A DNA stretch of 57,432 nt from a virus (lineage: Duplodnaviria; Caudoviricetes), in IMG/VR virus record IMGVR_UViG_3300035703_000111, positions 1 to 57,432 of that record, one strand, 5' to 3'. This document shows positions 45,313 to 53,894 of the stretch, piece by piece. How positions within the stretch are numbered: position 1 is the stretch's first letter; the number at the start of each line of letters is the position of its first letter. The translations under genes were made by a program, and so were the position numbers. The notes beneath the pieces were generated by a model. It was not told the origin of the DNA. It saw only the letters and a program-made list of their open reading frames with translations, and ran no database searches.

Positions 45313-46380
45313 ATGTCAGTAATTAGTCAGTTTTTTCCTTCTGGATCTGGTGGTGGTGGCGGATCTACTAATATTGGTGGCGGATCTATTCCGGTAGAAA
45401 TTTTAGGTATTTCCGGTGGCGGTGGCGGTGGAACGGGATCTAATCCAAGTCCATATGGTGCTACAGTAAGTATAAATAATGGTGGGCCTGGAGGAATGGG
45501 CGCATTCTTCTATGCAAGTAATTATTTTATAAATCCAGGAGTAACTTATCCAATATGCGTTGGCGCTGGCGGCGGTTGTGGAACTTCTCCAGGTCCTTGT
45601 CAAGGTGCAAGAGGATCAAATGGTGGATTTACTTCATTTAATAATCCTATCTGTACTCTACGAGTAGAAGGGGGTGGTGGTGGAGGAGGAGGAGGATGCA
45701 ATCCATCTCCACCTATTGCTCCCGGACTTCCTGGAGGAACTGGTGGAGCAGGATCTGCAGGAAACGCTCCTGGATCTGGATTGTATTTTACTTCACTACC
45801 AGTTTCTTTTTGCGGTACAACTTGTACCTTTTTAAATTTGTGTAATGGACAAGGAACAGGATGTATATGGGGAAATATATATCCACTTGCAAATGTAGAT
45901 GCACGTTATATGGTCAATCCTTGGGGATTTAGTGGAGGATTTCCTGGCACTCCTGGTTTTACTGTAGGACCTATTCCTAGTGGGCCCACATCATATTGTA
46001 CTATATCAGGTAGAGGTGGTGGAATGATAAATAATGCTTCTTATTATTCAAATCTGAATGGCCCTTGGGTATGCCAGTATCTACAAACTTGCATTTTCAG
46101 ATGCGAAACAGGATATACTTCTAATATTACTGGGTCATCATATACTTATGGTGGACCAAGTTGTATAGCATCTGGTGGATCAGGTGGATCTTCTCCAGGT
46201 CCAACTATTATAGCTCCCGGAACATCAGGTTGTGCAGGAGTACTTGTTATTAGATGGCCAGTTAACGCAGCTGGAGCTGCACCGCCAACAGGATTCCCTG
46301 GAGGCACTAATATTTCTCCACAAACTCCTGGTTATTACACTTATTGCTTTACTTCATCCGGTTCCATTACATTACCATAA
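45313..46380 (+). CDS. Gly/Pro/Cys-rich adhesin-like protein (cassette 2)
   Basis: MSV.SQFFPSGSGG start and SP.TPG.YTY.F...GSITLP end shared with 37198..38487; about 16 Cys. Confidence 0.8.
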   Translation: MSVISQFFPSGSGGGGGSTNIGGGSIPVEILGISGGGGGGTGSNPSPYGATVSINNGGPGGMGAFFYASNYFINPGVTYPICVGAGGGCGTSPGPCQGARGSNGGFTSFNNPICTLRVEGGGGGGGGGCNPSPPIAPGLPGGTGGAGSAGNAPGSGLYFTSLPVSFCGTTCTFLNLCNGQGTGCIWGNIYPLANVDARYMVNPWGFSGGFPGTPGFTVGPIPSGPTSYCTISGRGGGMINNASYYSNLNGPWVCQYLQTCIFRCETGYTSNITGSSYTYGGPSCIASGGSGGSSPGPTIIAPGTSGCAGVLVIRWPVNAAGAAPPTGFPGGTNISPQTPGYYTYCFTSSGSITLP

Positions 46381-46394
46381 GGAGGAAATAAGAA

Positions 46395-46889
46395 ATGGCT
46401 AGTTTTGCAGAACTTGATGAAAATAATATAGTGATTAATGTAATTAAAATTTCTAACGATGAAATTTTAGATGAAAATGGAAATGAAAGTGAAGAACTAG
46501 GAATTCAAAAATGTAAACAATTATTTGGAGAAGATAAAAAGTGGGTTCAAACTTGGTTCAGTTCTCCTCCACCAAAAAGACATAGAACTGCAATTATTGG
46601 TGGTTTTTATAATGAAAAAAATGATGTTTTTATGGAAGCAAATTATAGAAAAGGTTACATATTAGATGAGCAAGGTTTAAATTGGATCGCTCCTATTCCA
46701 AAACCAAATTCTTCGCATGAAAATCCGATAGAATATGAATGGAATGAAACAACCTTATCTTGGGATGAAGTGGAAATTCCAAAACCACCAATTCCAGAAG
46801 GATCCAGTATTGATTACAAATGGAACACTGAAATAGGAGTATGGGATATTGTTTTACCAGAAGAACCAGTAGGTATCTCAAGCACCTAA
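46395..46889 (+). CDS. MAHFA-family fibre assembly/chaperone-like protein (cassette 2)
   Basis: MASFAELDENN.V..VI...DENGNESEELGI..CKQ...WVQT; paralog of 38506..38991. Confidence 0.8.
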   Translation: MASFAELDENNIVINVIKISNDEILDENGNESEELGIQKCKQLFGEDKKWVQTWFSSPPPKRHRTAIIGGFYNEKNDVFMEANYRKGYILDEQGLNWIAPIPKPNSSHENPIEYEWNETTLSWDEVEIPKPPIPEGSSIDYKWNTEIGVWDIVLPEEPVGISST

Positions 46890-46909
46890 ATATCTAAAAA
46901 AGACGGATA

Positions 46910-48169
46910 ATGGCACTTAACTTTCCAGATAGTCCTACACTTAATCAAGTTTATACAGATTCTACATCTGGTTTTTCATACCAGTGGAATGGAACTGTAT
47001 GGATAAGTTATACACCATCTTCTTCAGGTAATATCAGAACTCTAGATGATATTTCAGCATCTTTTAACGGAACTACTCAAACTTTTCCATTAACATCTTT
47101 AGGAATTTCAGTAACTCCAGCAAATCCACAATCGCTTATTATTAATCTTGGCGGTGTAGTTCAAGATCCCACTGATGATTATACAATTTCCGGAAGTAAT
47201 ATTATTTTTTCAGATGCACCTGTATCTGGACTTAGTTTCTCTGGAATTCTACTTGGTGTGGCAGTTCCTGTTGGTGTTTCTACAGGAGATGTCTACTTTA
47301 GACAAACATATTTTCCAATAGGTGTTCAAACATCATTTGTCTTCATTAATGGATATACTTCTGGATATCTTGATATCTATAAGAATGGTGTAAAACTACT
47401 TGGTTCAACTGATTATACTGCAACTGATGGAATTAATTTCAGTTTAACTCCTGCTGCACAACTTGGAGATGAAATTGAAGCAATTGGTTATAGAGTATCT
47501 TCAATTTCAATCGTCAATGGTGAGAATTTAAATCGACTTAATGTAAGTAATGGAATCTATGCCGGAGGTATAACGACATCATTAGGTGGTTTTGTTGGTA
47601 ATTTAACAGGAACTGCAAGTAATGCAACATATGCAACAACATCTGGAATTGCAACTTATGCAATAACTGCTGGAGTTGCAACGGTTTCTCAAAATCTTAC
47701 AGGTTCACCAAATATTTCTGTAAGTGGTATCAATAATACTGGAATTACTACTTCCGCAGATTTTAGATTAACATCTATTGCAGAAAAAACTACAATTATA
47801 AATGGAAATACTGTTAACTTAGTTTATAATACTGGTGGTGGAAACGTTGCTATTTGCACAAATCCAACAGGAAATATTACTCTTAATGTAACAGGAATTC
47901 CTACAGACTCTAATTTTAATAATAATTCACTATCTTTCTCTGTCATCGTACAAAATACAGGAACTGCAAGAAGTTGTACTGCAGTAACTTTGAATGGTGT
48001 TTCAGAAACTATTTTGTGGTTTGGTGGGTCTCTAAGTGCCGCATTAACTGGAGTAACAACTTCTACTGGTTATGATATTTACAGTTTTGTTGGTATCAAT
48101 ACAATTGGATCAGCTGCAACTACTTCAAATTATATTGTTTTAGGTAATGTAAACGGAGGTTATAGATAA
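46910..48169 (+). CDS. tail fibre/structural protein (cassette 3 lead gene)
   Basis: MALNFP.SP...Q.Y......Y.W.G..W; LDDIS..FNG....F.L; beta-rich C-terminal domain. Confidence 0.75.
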   Translation: MALNFPDSPTLNQVYTDSTSGFSYQWNGTVWISYTPSSSGNIRTLDDISASFNGTTQTFPLTSLGISVTPANPQSLIINLGGVVQDPTDDYTISGSNIIFSDAPVSGLSFSGILLGVAVPVGVSTGDVYFRQTYFPIGVQTSFVFINGYTSGYLDIYKNGVKLLGSTDYTATDGINFSLTPAAQLGDEIEAIGYRVSSISIVNGENLNRLNVSNGIYAGGITTSLGGFVGNLTGTASNATYATTSGIATYAITAGVATVSQNLTGSPNISVSGINNTGITTSADFRLTSIAEKTTIINGNTVNLVYNTGGGNVAICTNPTGNITLNVTGIPTDSNFNNNSLSFSVIVQNTGTARSCTAVTLNGVSETILWFGGSLSAALTGVTTSTGYDIYSFVGINTIGSAATTSNYIVLGNVNGGYR

Positions 48170-49116
48170 TGCCATTTTTGACCAATATCACCTTTAATAA
48201 TAATCAATTCAGTTCTTCAGGTAGAAGAAAAGGTAGTGGAGTATCTCCTAGTGGAATAGTTGTCGAATATGTTTTGATTGGTGGTGGAGGTGGTGCTGGT
48301 GGAGAACTTGGTGGTGGAGGTGCCGGAGGTGGATTTAGAAACGACTCTTTCGATGTGGTTCTAGGCGTTCCTTATACAATTACTGTTGGCGCAGGTGGTG
48401 GATTTGGTGGTCCTGGATCTCCTGGTGGTCTTTATTATCATGGACTTAAAGGAAATAGTTCTAGCTTTGGTGCTCTTGATTCTACAGGTGGCGGTGGTGG
48501 ATTTGGATATTTTTCAAGTGATCCTTCGCAACATCCAGGTGGCAGTGGAGGTGGAGGATCTCAAGGTAGTGGAGGATCTGGAAATACTCCACCGTATTCT
48601 CCTCCACAAGGAAACCCTGGCGGCAGCGGCCAATCTTATGGCGGTGGTGGTGGCGGTGGTGCCGGAGGAACTGGAACCAGTGCTCCAACAACAATTTCCC
48701 CAAGTGGAACTGCTGGCCAAGGAGGGATCGGCCGAGGCGTAACATGGCCAGAACTTCCTGCTTCATATGGTACACCCGGTCCAACTCCAGGAAGATTCTT
48801 TGCTGGTGGTGGCGGTGGTGGTGGCGGAAGTGGAAGAAACGTTTCTGCTCCAGCACAACCAGTCGGCGGTGGAGCTGCTGGAGCTGGTCCCGGAGTTCCG
48901 GTTGGATCCAATGGTTCTGCAGGAATGGGAGGAGGTGGCGGCGCTACTTGGTGGTCAAGTCCAGGACCAGGTAGAGGAGGAAGTGGTGGATCTGGTATTG
49001 TTCTTCTTAGGGCACCTGTAGCACTTTCATATACTGCTCCTGGCGCTTCAGTATTTTCCTCACCAACACATAGAGTATTTGTTTACACGGGTAGTGGATC
49101 AATTACATTCAGTTAA
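48169..49116 (+). CDS. Gly/Pro-rich adhesin-like protein, Cys-free (cassette 3)
   Basis: VEYVLIGGGGG, YTITVGAGG, poly-Gly runs, GGSGIVLLR, F...GSIT. Confidence 0.8.
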   Translation: MPFLTNITFNNNQFSSSGRRKGSGVSPSGIVVEYVLIGGGGGAGGELGGGGAGGGFRNDSFDVVLGVPYTITVGAGGGFGGPGSPGGLYYHGLKGNSSSFGALDSTGGGGGFGYFSSDPSQHPGGSGGGGSQGSGGSGNTPPYSPPQGNPGGSGQSYGGGGGGGAGGTGTSAPTTISPSGTAGQGGIGRGVTWPELPASYGTPGPTPGRFFAGGGGGGGGSGRNVSAPAQPVGGGAAGAGPGVPVGSNGSAGMGGGGGATWWSSPGPGRGGSGGSGIVLLRAPVALSYTAPGASVFSSPTHRVFVYTGSGSITFS

Positions 49117-49121
49117 TTACT

Positions 49122-49508
49122 ATGGCACACTTCGCAGAGTTAGACGACAACAATAAAGTAATCAGAGTTATAGTAGTCCGTAATGAAGATTGTTTAGATT
49201 CCAATGATAATGAATGTGAACAAGTTGGAATCGACTATTGCAAATCTCTCTTTGGAGATAATACTAGATGGATTCAAACATCATATAATTCTAATATAAG
49301 AAATAAGTATGCCGGAATAGGAGACACTTATAGAGAAGATTTAGATGTTTTTATTACACCAAAACCATTTGATTCTTGGATTTTTGATGAAAATACTTTA
49401 ACATGGGAAGCACCAATACAATATCCAAATGATGAAAAAGTCTATAAATGGAACGAAGAACAATATCAAAATATTGGTGATGGATGGGAGTTGGTTTTAG
49501 ATTTATAA
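49122..49508 (+). CDS. MAHFA-family fibre assembly/chaperone-like protein (cassette 3)
   Basis: MAHFAELD.NN.V.RVIVV...WIQTSYN..IR..YAGIG..Y....D.FI.PKP..SW. Confidence 0.8.
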   Translation: MAHFAELDDNNKVIRVIVVRNEDCLDSNDNECEQVGIDYCKSLFGDNTRWIQTSYNSNIRNKYAGIGDTYREDLDVFITPKPFDSWIFDENTLTWEAPIQYPNDEKVYKWNEEQYQNIGDGWELVLDL

Positions 49509-49511
49509 ATA
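49504..49511 (+). promoter_or_regulatory. T4-type late promoter
   Basis: TATAAATA upstream of 49524. Confidence 0.7.
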
Positions 49512-49523
49512 CTTAAAAAACCA

Positions 49524-49859
49524 ATGACAGCTCCAGCAGTAAATCTAACTATTAATAAAGGTACTGATTTCGAAGCAATCTTTACAGTTACAAACTCTGA
49601 TGGTTCTGCTTTTTCATTAGCAAATTATAGTGCAACATCAAAAATAAGAAAGCATCCAACTGCAGCTGCATATAAATCATTTTCGACCACAATCACTGTG
49701 GCAACTGGCGAAATTAAAGTTTCAATGGGTGCAACAACTACATCTACACTTTCTTCTGGTAGAAATTATTATGATGTGATTATTACAAATGTTAGTACTG
49801 GAAAAATTACAAAAGTGTTTGATGGAATGGTATTAGCAGTAGACACGGTATCCGTATGA
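49524..49859 (+). CDS. conserved virion structural protein
   Basis: VNL.I..GTDF...F...L..Y....IRKH...GR.YYDV.I....V..G.V Ig-like module. Confidence 0.7.
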   Translation: MTAPAVNLTINKGTDFEAIFTVTNSDGSAFSLANYSATSKIRKHPTAAAYKSFSTTITVATGEIKVSMGATTTSTLSSGRNYYDVIITNVSTGKITKVFDGMVLAVDTVSV

Positions 49860-50170
49860 ATATTCAAGTCGCTAAAACATTAAATACCTTTAATATAAAT
49901 CTAAAAAAACCAGATAATTATAGTGTAAGAACCTTATCTGGAGGTGTTCAAGTGCCAGCACAATTCTCAGACCTATCTGATTTTGATGCATCAAACGTTC
50001 AAGATAGTTACTTAGTCATGTATGATGCAGCAACACAAAAATACAAAGCAGTGAGTCCTGATTTTGTTCTATCAAAGTCAGTAGAAGATTCGAATTTACC
50101 TACAGATTTTGTTAATCAATTGGATGTTGACTTAGATAATAAGATTGATCTTGATGCGGGAACTTTTTAA
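49856..50170 (+). CDS. hypothetical virion protein
   Basis: L.D.D.S....Y.VMYDA...KY; ends IDLDAGTF. Confidence 0.65.
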   Translation: MNIQVAKTLNTFNINLKKPDNYSVRTLSGGVQVPAQFSDLSDFDASNVQDSYLVMYDAATQKYKAVSPDFVLSKSVEDSNLPTDFVNQLDVDLDNKIDLDAGTF

Positions 50171-50205
50171 CAAATAAATAATATTAAATTAAGTAGTAAA
50201 TAGAA

Positions 50206-51681
50206 ATGGCTTCTCCCGTAATTCAGTTTAAGAGAGGTGCATTTGCTAATCTTCCTGCTCTTCAGGCTGGTGAACCCGCACTTACAACAGATACCTATGA
50301 ACTTTATGTAGGTATTGATAGTACTACTAATGGTAACAAGTTTTTTGGTTCACATCGTTATTGGACGAGAGAAGCATCTTCGTCTGGTAGTGGAGTAAAT
50401 CTTGTTGAAGGATCTTCAAATGGTTCTTCATACATTACTCTCAAGTCACCAGATTCTCTTGCTGGTATTACGACTTATACCTTCCCAGCAACAGCAACAG
50501 ATGGTTATTTCCTGAAGACAAATGCTTTAGGTGATTTATCTTGGGCAGAAGTTGTAAGTACATTTGATATTGCTGCTGATAGTGGATCTCCAGATACTGT
50601 AAGTACAGGTTCTACTATCACTTTTGTTGGTGGAGAAGGTATTGATACTGCGGTAACTAATAACACTATTACAATTTCCGCAGAAGATGCAACATCCTCA
50701 AATAAAGGTATTGCTTCTTTCGACTCAACTGACTTCACAGTTTCGTCAGGAAATGTAACAGTAAACGCAGAAAGAATTCAAGATATTGCTGGTGCAATGG
50801 TCACTGGCAATACAGAAACTTTAATTACCGTCACTTATCAAGATAGCGATGGTACGATTGATTTTGTAGTTGATAATGATCTTGCTAACTATAGCAACAC
50901 AAACTCCGCATTTATTACCGCAGCATCGTCTGCAACATTAACTAATAAGACATTTGATGCAAATGGAACTGGCAATTCACTTTCCAATGTAGAAGTTGCT
51001 GATTTTGCTGCAAGTGCAATTACAGATTCCACTGATACAATTGCATCAAATGATAGTGATACTCAACTTCCAACATCAGCTGCAGTTATTGATTATGTTG
51101 GAGCACAAATTGGTGCGATTGATCTAACAGTTTCTACTGCTGGTGATAGTGGAACTGGTTCTGTTTCTACATCACAAACATTAACTGTCTCTGGTACTGC
51201 AAACGAGATTGAAACAGCAGCATCTGGTCAGTCAATTACAATTGGTCTTCCAAATGATGTTACGATTGGAAATAACCTGACCGTTAGTGGAAATCTTTAT
51301 GTAAATGGTTCTACAACTCAAGTTAATACATCTTCACTCACCGTCGAAGATAGAACTATTGAACTTGGTCTTGTAAATGGTGCTGCACCTTCATCTGCAA
51401 CTACTTGGGATTTAGGTGTTCTCTTCAACTATCATGCAACTTCTGCAAAGAAATCTGCAGTTGTTTGGGAACAAGGTGATGCAAGATTTAAGTTTGCATC
51501 TGAAGTTTCTGATGGTGGTGGTACAAACAACGATAGTCCACAGATCACATTTACTGCATATGCTCCTATTGAGATTGGAGCATTGTGGGTTAATGATTGT
51601 GCTGGACAATCACAAGTTATATCATGCTCTGGTTCAACAAGAAAACTAGAAAACATTACTATTGACGCTGGAACTTTCTGA
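50206..51681 (+). CDS. fibre protein with Mtd-N-like attachment domain
   Basis: IQFKRG....P.L.AGE.A.TTDT..LYVG; L.V.GNL.VNG.TT.VN...L.VED..IEL; ends IDAGTF. Confidence 0.78.
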   Translation: MASPVIQFKRGAFANLPALQAGEPALTTDTYELYVGIDSTTNGNKFFGSHRYWTREASSSGSGVNLVEGSSNGSSYITLKSPDSLAGITTYTFPATATDGYFLKTNALGDLSWAEVVSTFDIAADSGSPDTVSTGSTITFVGGEGIDTAVTNNTITISAEDATSSNKGIASFDSTDFTVSSGNVTVNAERIQDIAGAMVTGNTETLITVTYQDSDGTIDFVVDNDLANYSNTNSAFITAASSATLTNKTFDANGTGNSLSNVEVADFAASAITDSTDTIASNDSDTQLPTSAAVIDYVGAQIGAIDLTVSTAGDSGTGSVSTSQTLTVSGTANEIETAASGQSITIGLPNDVTIGNNLTVSGNLYVNGSTTQVNTSSLTVEDRTIELGLVNGAAPSSATTWDLGVLFNYHATSAKKSAVVWEQGDARFKFASEVSDGGGTNNDSPQITFTAYAPIEIGALWVNDCAGQSQVISCSGSTRKLENITIDAGTF

Positions 51682-51702
51682 TCCAACTAATATATTCTAA
51701 AT

Positions 51703-51730
51703 AAGAGGAAGTTTATCTTCCTCTTTTTTT
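51703..51730 (+). terminator. rho-independent terminator
   Basis: AAGAGGAAG-tttat-CTTCCTCTT followed by a T-tract. Confidence 0.75.
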
Positions 51731-51916
51731 ATGTCTGAAGATGATTTGAAAACAATTCTTGCAAAATACCAACAGAAATCTTTTGAGTTATTCAATCAAA
51801 ATATTGTATTGGAAACTCAAGTTGAAAATTTGCAAAAAAAAGTTAATGTTTTGCAACAAGAAATAGAAAAATCAAAACCAAAGAGAACAACAAAAGCATC
51901 GTCAGATAATTTTTAA
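51731..51916 (+). CDS. small coiled-coil protein
   Basis: 61-aa heptad-rich ORF (YQQK..EL..QNI.LE). Confidence 0.6.
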   Translation: MSEDDLKTILAKYQQKSFELFNQNIVLETQVENLQKKVNVLQQEIEKSKPKRTTKASSDNF

Positions 51917-51925
51917 TAAATAATA

Positions 51926-51947
51926 AAAACTCTTATATAAGAGTTTT
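51926..51947. repeat. 22-bp perfect palindrome
   Basis: AAAACTCTTATATAAGAGTTTT, directly after an AATAAATA late motif. Confidence 0.85.
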
Positions 51948-51978
51948 ATACGGTATATACCACCCATGAGAGGATTGA

Positions 51979-53547
51979 ATGGCAGATCCGATTATTAAGA
52001 TTAAACGATCTTCTGTTGAAGGAAAAAAACCAACAACATCAGATATTAATCTTGGAGAATTAGCTCTTAACACTTACGACGGCGAACTGTATACTCGCAG
52101 AGAACGAGCGGGTATTGGAACAGACATCGTACCAGTAGGAGCAGGTGCAACAGTTACAAATGTAATCTATGTAACTGCTGATGGAAATGACACCAATACT
52201 GGAAAGAAATTAGGAGATGCAAAAGCAACAATTGCAGGAGCAGTTGCAATCTCTATAACAGGAACAGTTATCAAAGTCAGTGCAGGCACATATACAGAAA
52301 ATAATCCAATTACTCTACCAGAACAGGTCAGTATTGTTGGAGATAGTTTAAGAGAAGTCACAGTTACTCCATCAAATACTGGCGATGTTTTTTATGTAAG
52401 AAATGGTAATTACATTGCAAATTTATCATTCGTAGGTGCAGCAAATACTGGTGCGATGGTTGCATTTAGTCCATCAGGTGCAGGAAACATCACACAATCA
52501 CCTTATGTTCAGAACTGCACTAACTTTATTCCTAATAGTACAGGTGTCAGAATCAATGGAGCACATGCTTCAGGAAATACAAAAAGCATTGTAGTTGATA
52601 GTTATACACAATATAATCAAGGTGGTATCGGAGTATCAATCACAAACGAAGGATATGGTCAATTAGTATCACTATTCACTATTTGTAATGATATTGCAAT
52701 CTATTGTGGTTCTGGTGGTGCATGTGATCTAACAAACTCTAACTCTTCATTTGGAAACTATGGATTAGTTGCTGATGGTGTTGGATCAGTTCAATATACT
52801 GGTATTGTAACCACAGCAGCAGATGCAAATAGTTCTACTTTTGTAATCGCAGGAGTAGGAACAAATCGTCCTTATGATGGACAAGTTGCATATTTCGGGC
52901 AACTTTATTATGAAGTCAGTAAGATTACCATTACTAATGGTGGGTCTAGTTATACTTCAGTACCAACATTAACAGTTGATGCACCATCAACAAGTTGGGG
53001 AATTAGAGCACAGGCAGTTGCAACTATCACAAATGGAGTTGTTACTTCTGTTGATATTGTTTCTGTTGGTAGAGGTTATACAACTACACCAAACATCACA
53101 ATTACTGGTGGAGGTGGTTCTGGACTAACTCTTTCTCTCGAAACCAAACCAAAATATTATGCAATTGAAAGTGCAACACTACCATCAGCAGGAATTTCAA
53201 CAATTACCATTACTGAGAACTTACCTTATGCTGTTGGTGTTGGCACAACAGTTCCAATCTTTAAGCAAAGTCGTATTCTTGCATCAGGTCATTCTTTTGA
53301 ATACATTGGTTCTGGCGTCACAATTGCAAATGCTCTACCTTCTACAGGTGGTGTTGCAATACAAGCAAATGAAATTGATATGAGAAATGGTGGATTAGTT
53401 GTTTATACATCCACAGATCAATCAGGTAACTTCAGAATTGGTGATGGAGTTACAATTAACCAAAGCACTGGTGATATTTCAGGAACAGCATATACAAGAA
53501 GTCTATATGCTAATGTAACGCCACTCATCTTAGCACTAGGAGGATAA
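51979..53547 (+). CDS. tail spike/fibre with pectin-lyase-like beta-helix
   Basis: IKIKRS...P......GELALN..DG.LY; IYV..DG.D.N.G......TI..A; SPYVQNCT; SGH.FEY.GSG. Confidence 0.78.
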   Translation: MADPIIKIKRSSVEGKKPTTSDINLGELALNTYDGELYTRRERAGIGTDIVPVGAGATVTNVIYVTADGNDTNTGKKLGDAKATIAGAVAISITGTVIKVSAGTYTENNPITLPEQVSIVGDSLREVTVTPSNTGDVFYVRNGNYIANLSFVGAANTGAMVAFSPSGAGNITQSPYVQNCTNFIPNSTGVRINGAHASGNTKSIVVDSYTQYNQGGIGVSITNEGYGQLVSLFTICNDIAIYCGSGGACDLTNSNSSFGNYGLVADGVGSVQYTGIVTTAADANSSTFVIAGVGTNRPYDGQVAYFGQLYYEVSKITITNGGSSYTSVPTLTVDAPSTSWGIRAQAVATITNGVVTSVDIVSVGRGYTTTPNITITGGGGSGLTLSLETKPKYYAIESATLPSAGISTITITENLPYAVGVGTTVPIFKQSRILASGHSFEYIGSGVTIANALPSTGGVAIQANEIDMRNGGLVVYTSTDQSGNFRIGDGVTINQSTGDISGTAYTRSLYANVTPLILALGG

Positions 53548-53551
53548 TACA

Positions 53552-53893
53552 ATGGCTCTTGCACTAAATGCTTACAAAACAATCACTAAAGTAGCATCCA
53601 CATCACCAGTTGGAATTTACACTGCTCCAACTGGATATAGTAGTATTGTCCTTCTTGCACAAGTTGCGAATGTTGGTTCAGAAACTTATACAGTGACTGT
53701 ATCTCATCAAAGATCAACGACAGGAACAGCAGTCACCACAGAGATTGTAAAAAATTTTCCAGTTTCTGCAAATGATACAGTAAGCATCACAAATGGAAAG
53801 TTAGTTCTTGAGTCGAGTGATGTTCTTGTATTATCAGGAAACAATGCAAGCAATCTTAAGTGTATCGTAAGTGTACTGGAGACGCTGAACTAA
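53552..53893 (+). CDS. small virion structural protein
   Basis: IYTAP.G...IV....VAN...KLVLE..D.L......L....S.LE. Confidence 0.7.
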   Translation: MALALNAYKTITKVASTSPVGIYTAPTGYSSIVLLAQVANVGSETYTVTVSHQRSTTGTAVTTEIVKNFPVSANDTVSITNGKLVLESSDVLVLSGNNASNLKCIVSVLETLN

Positions 53894-53894
53894 T

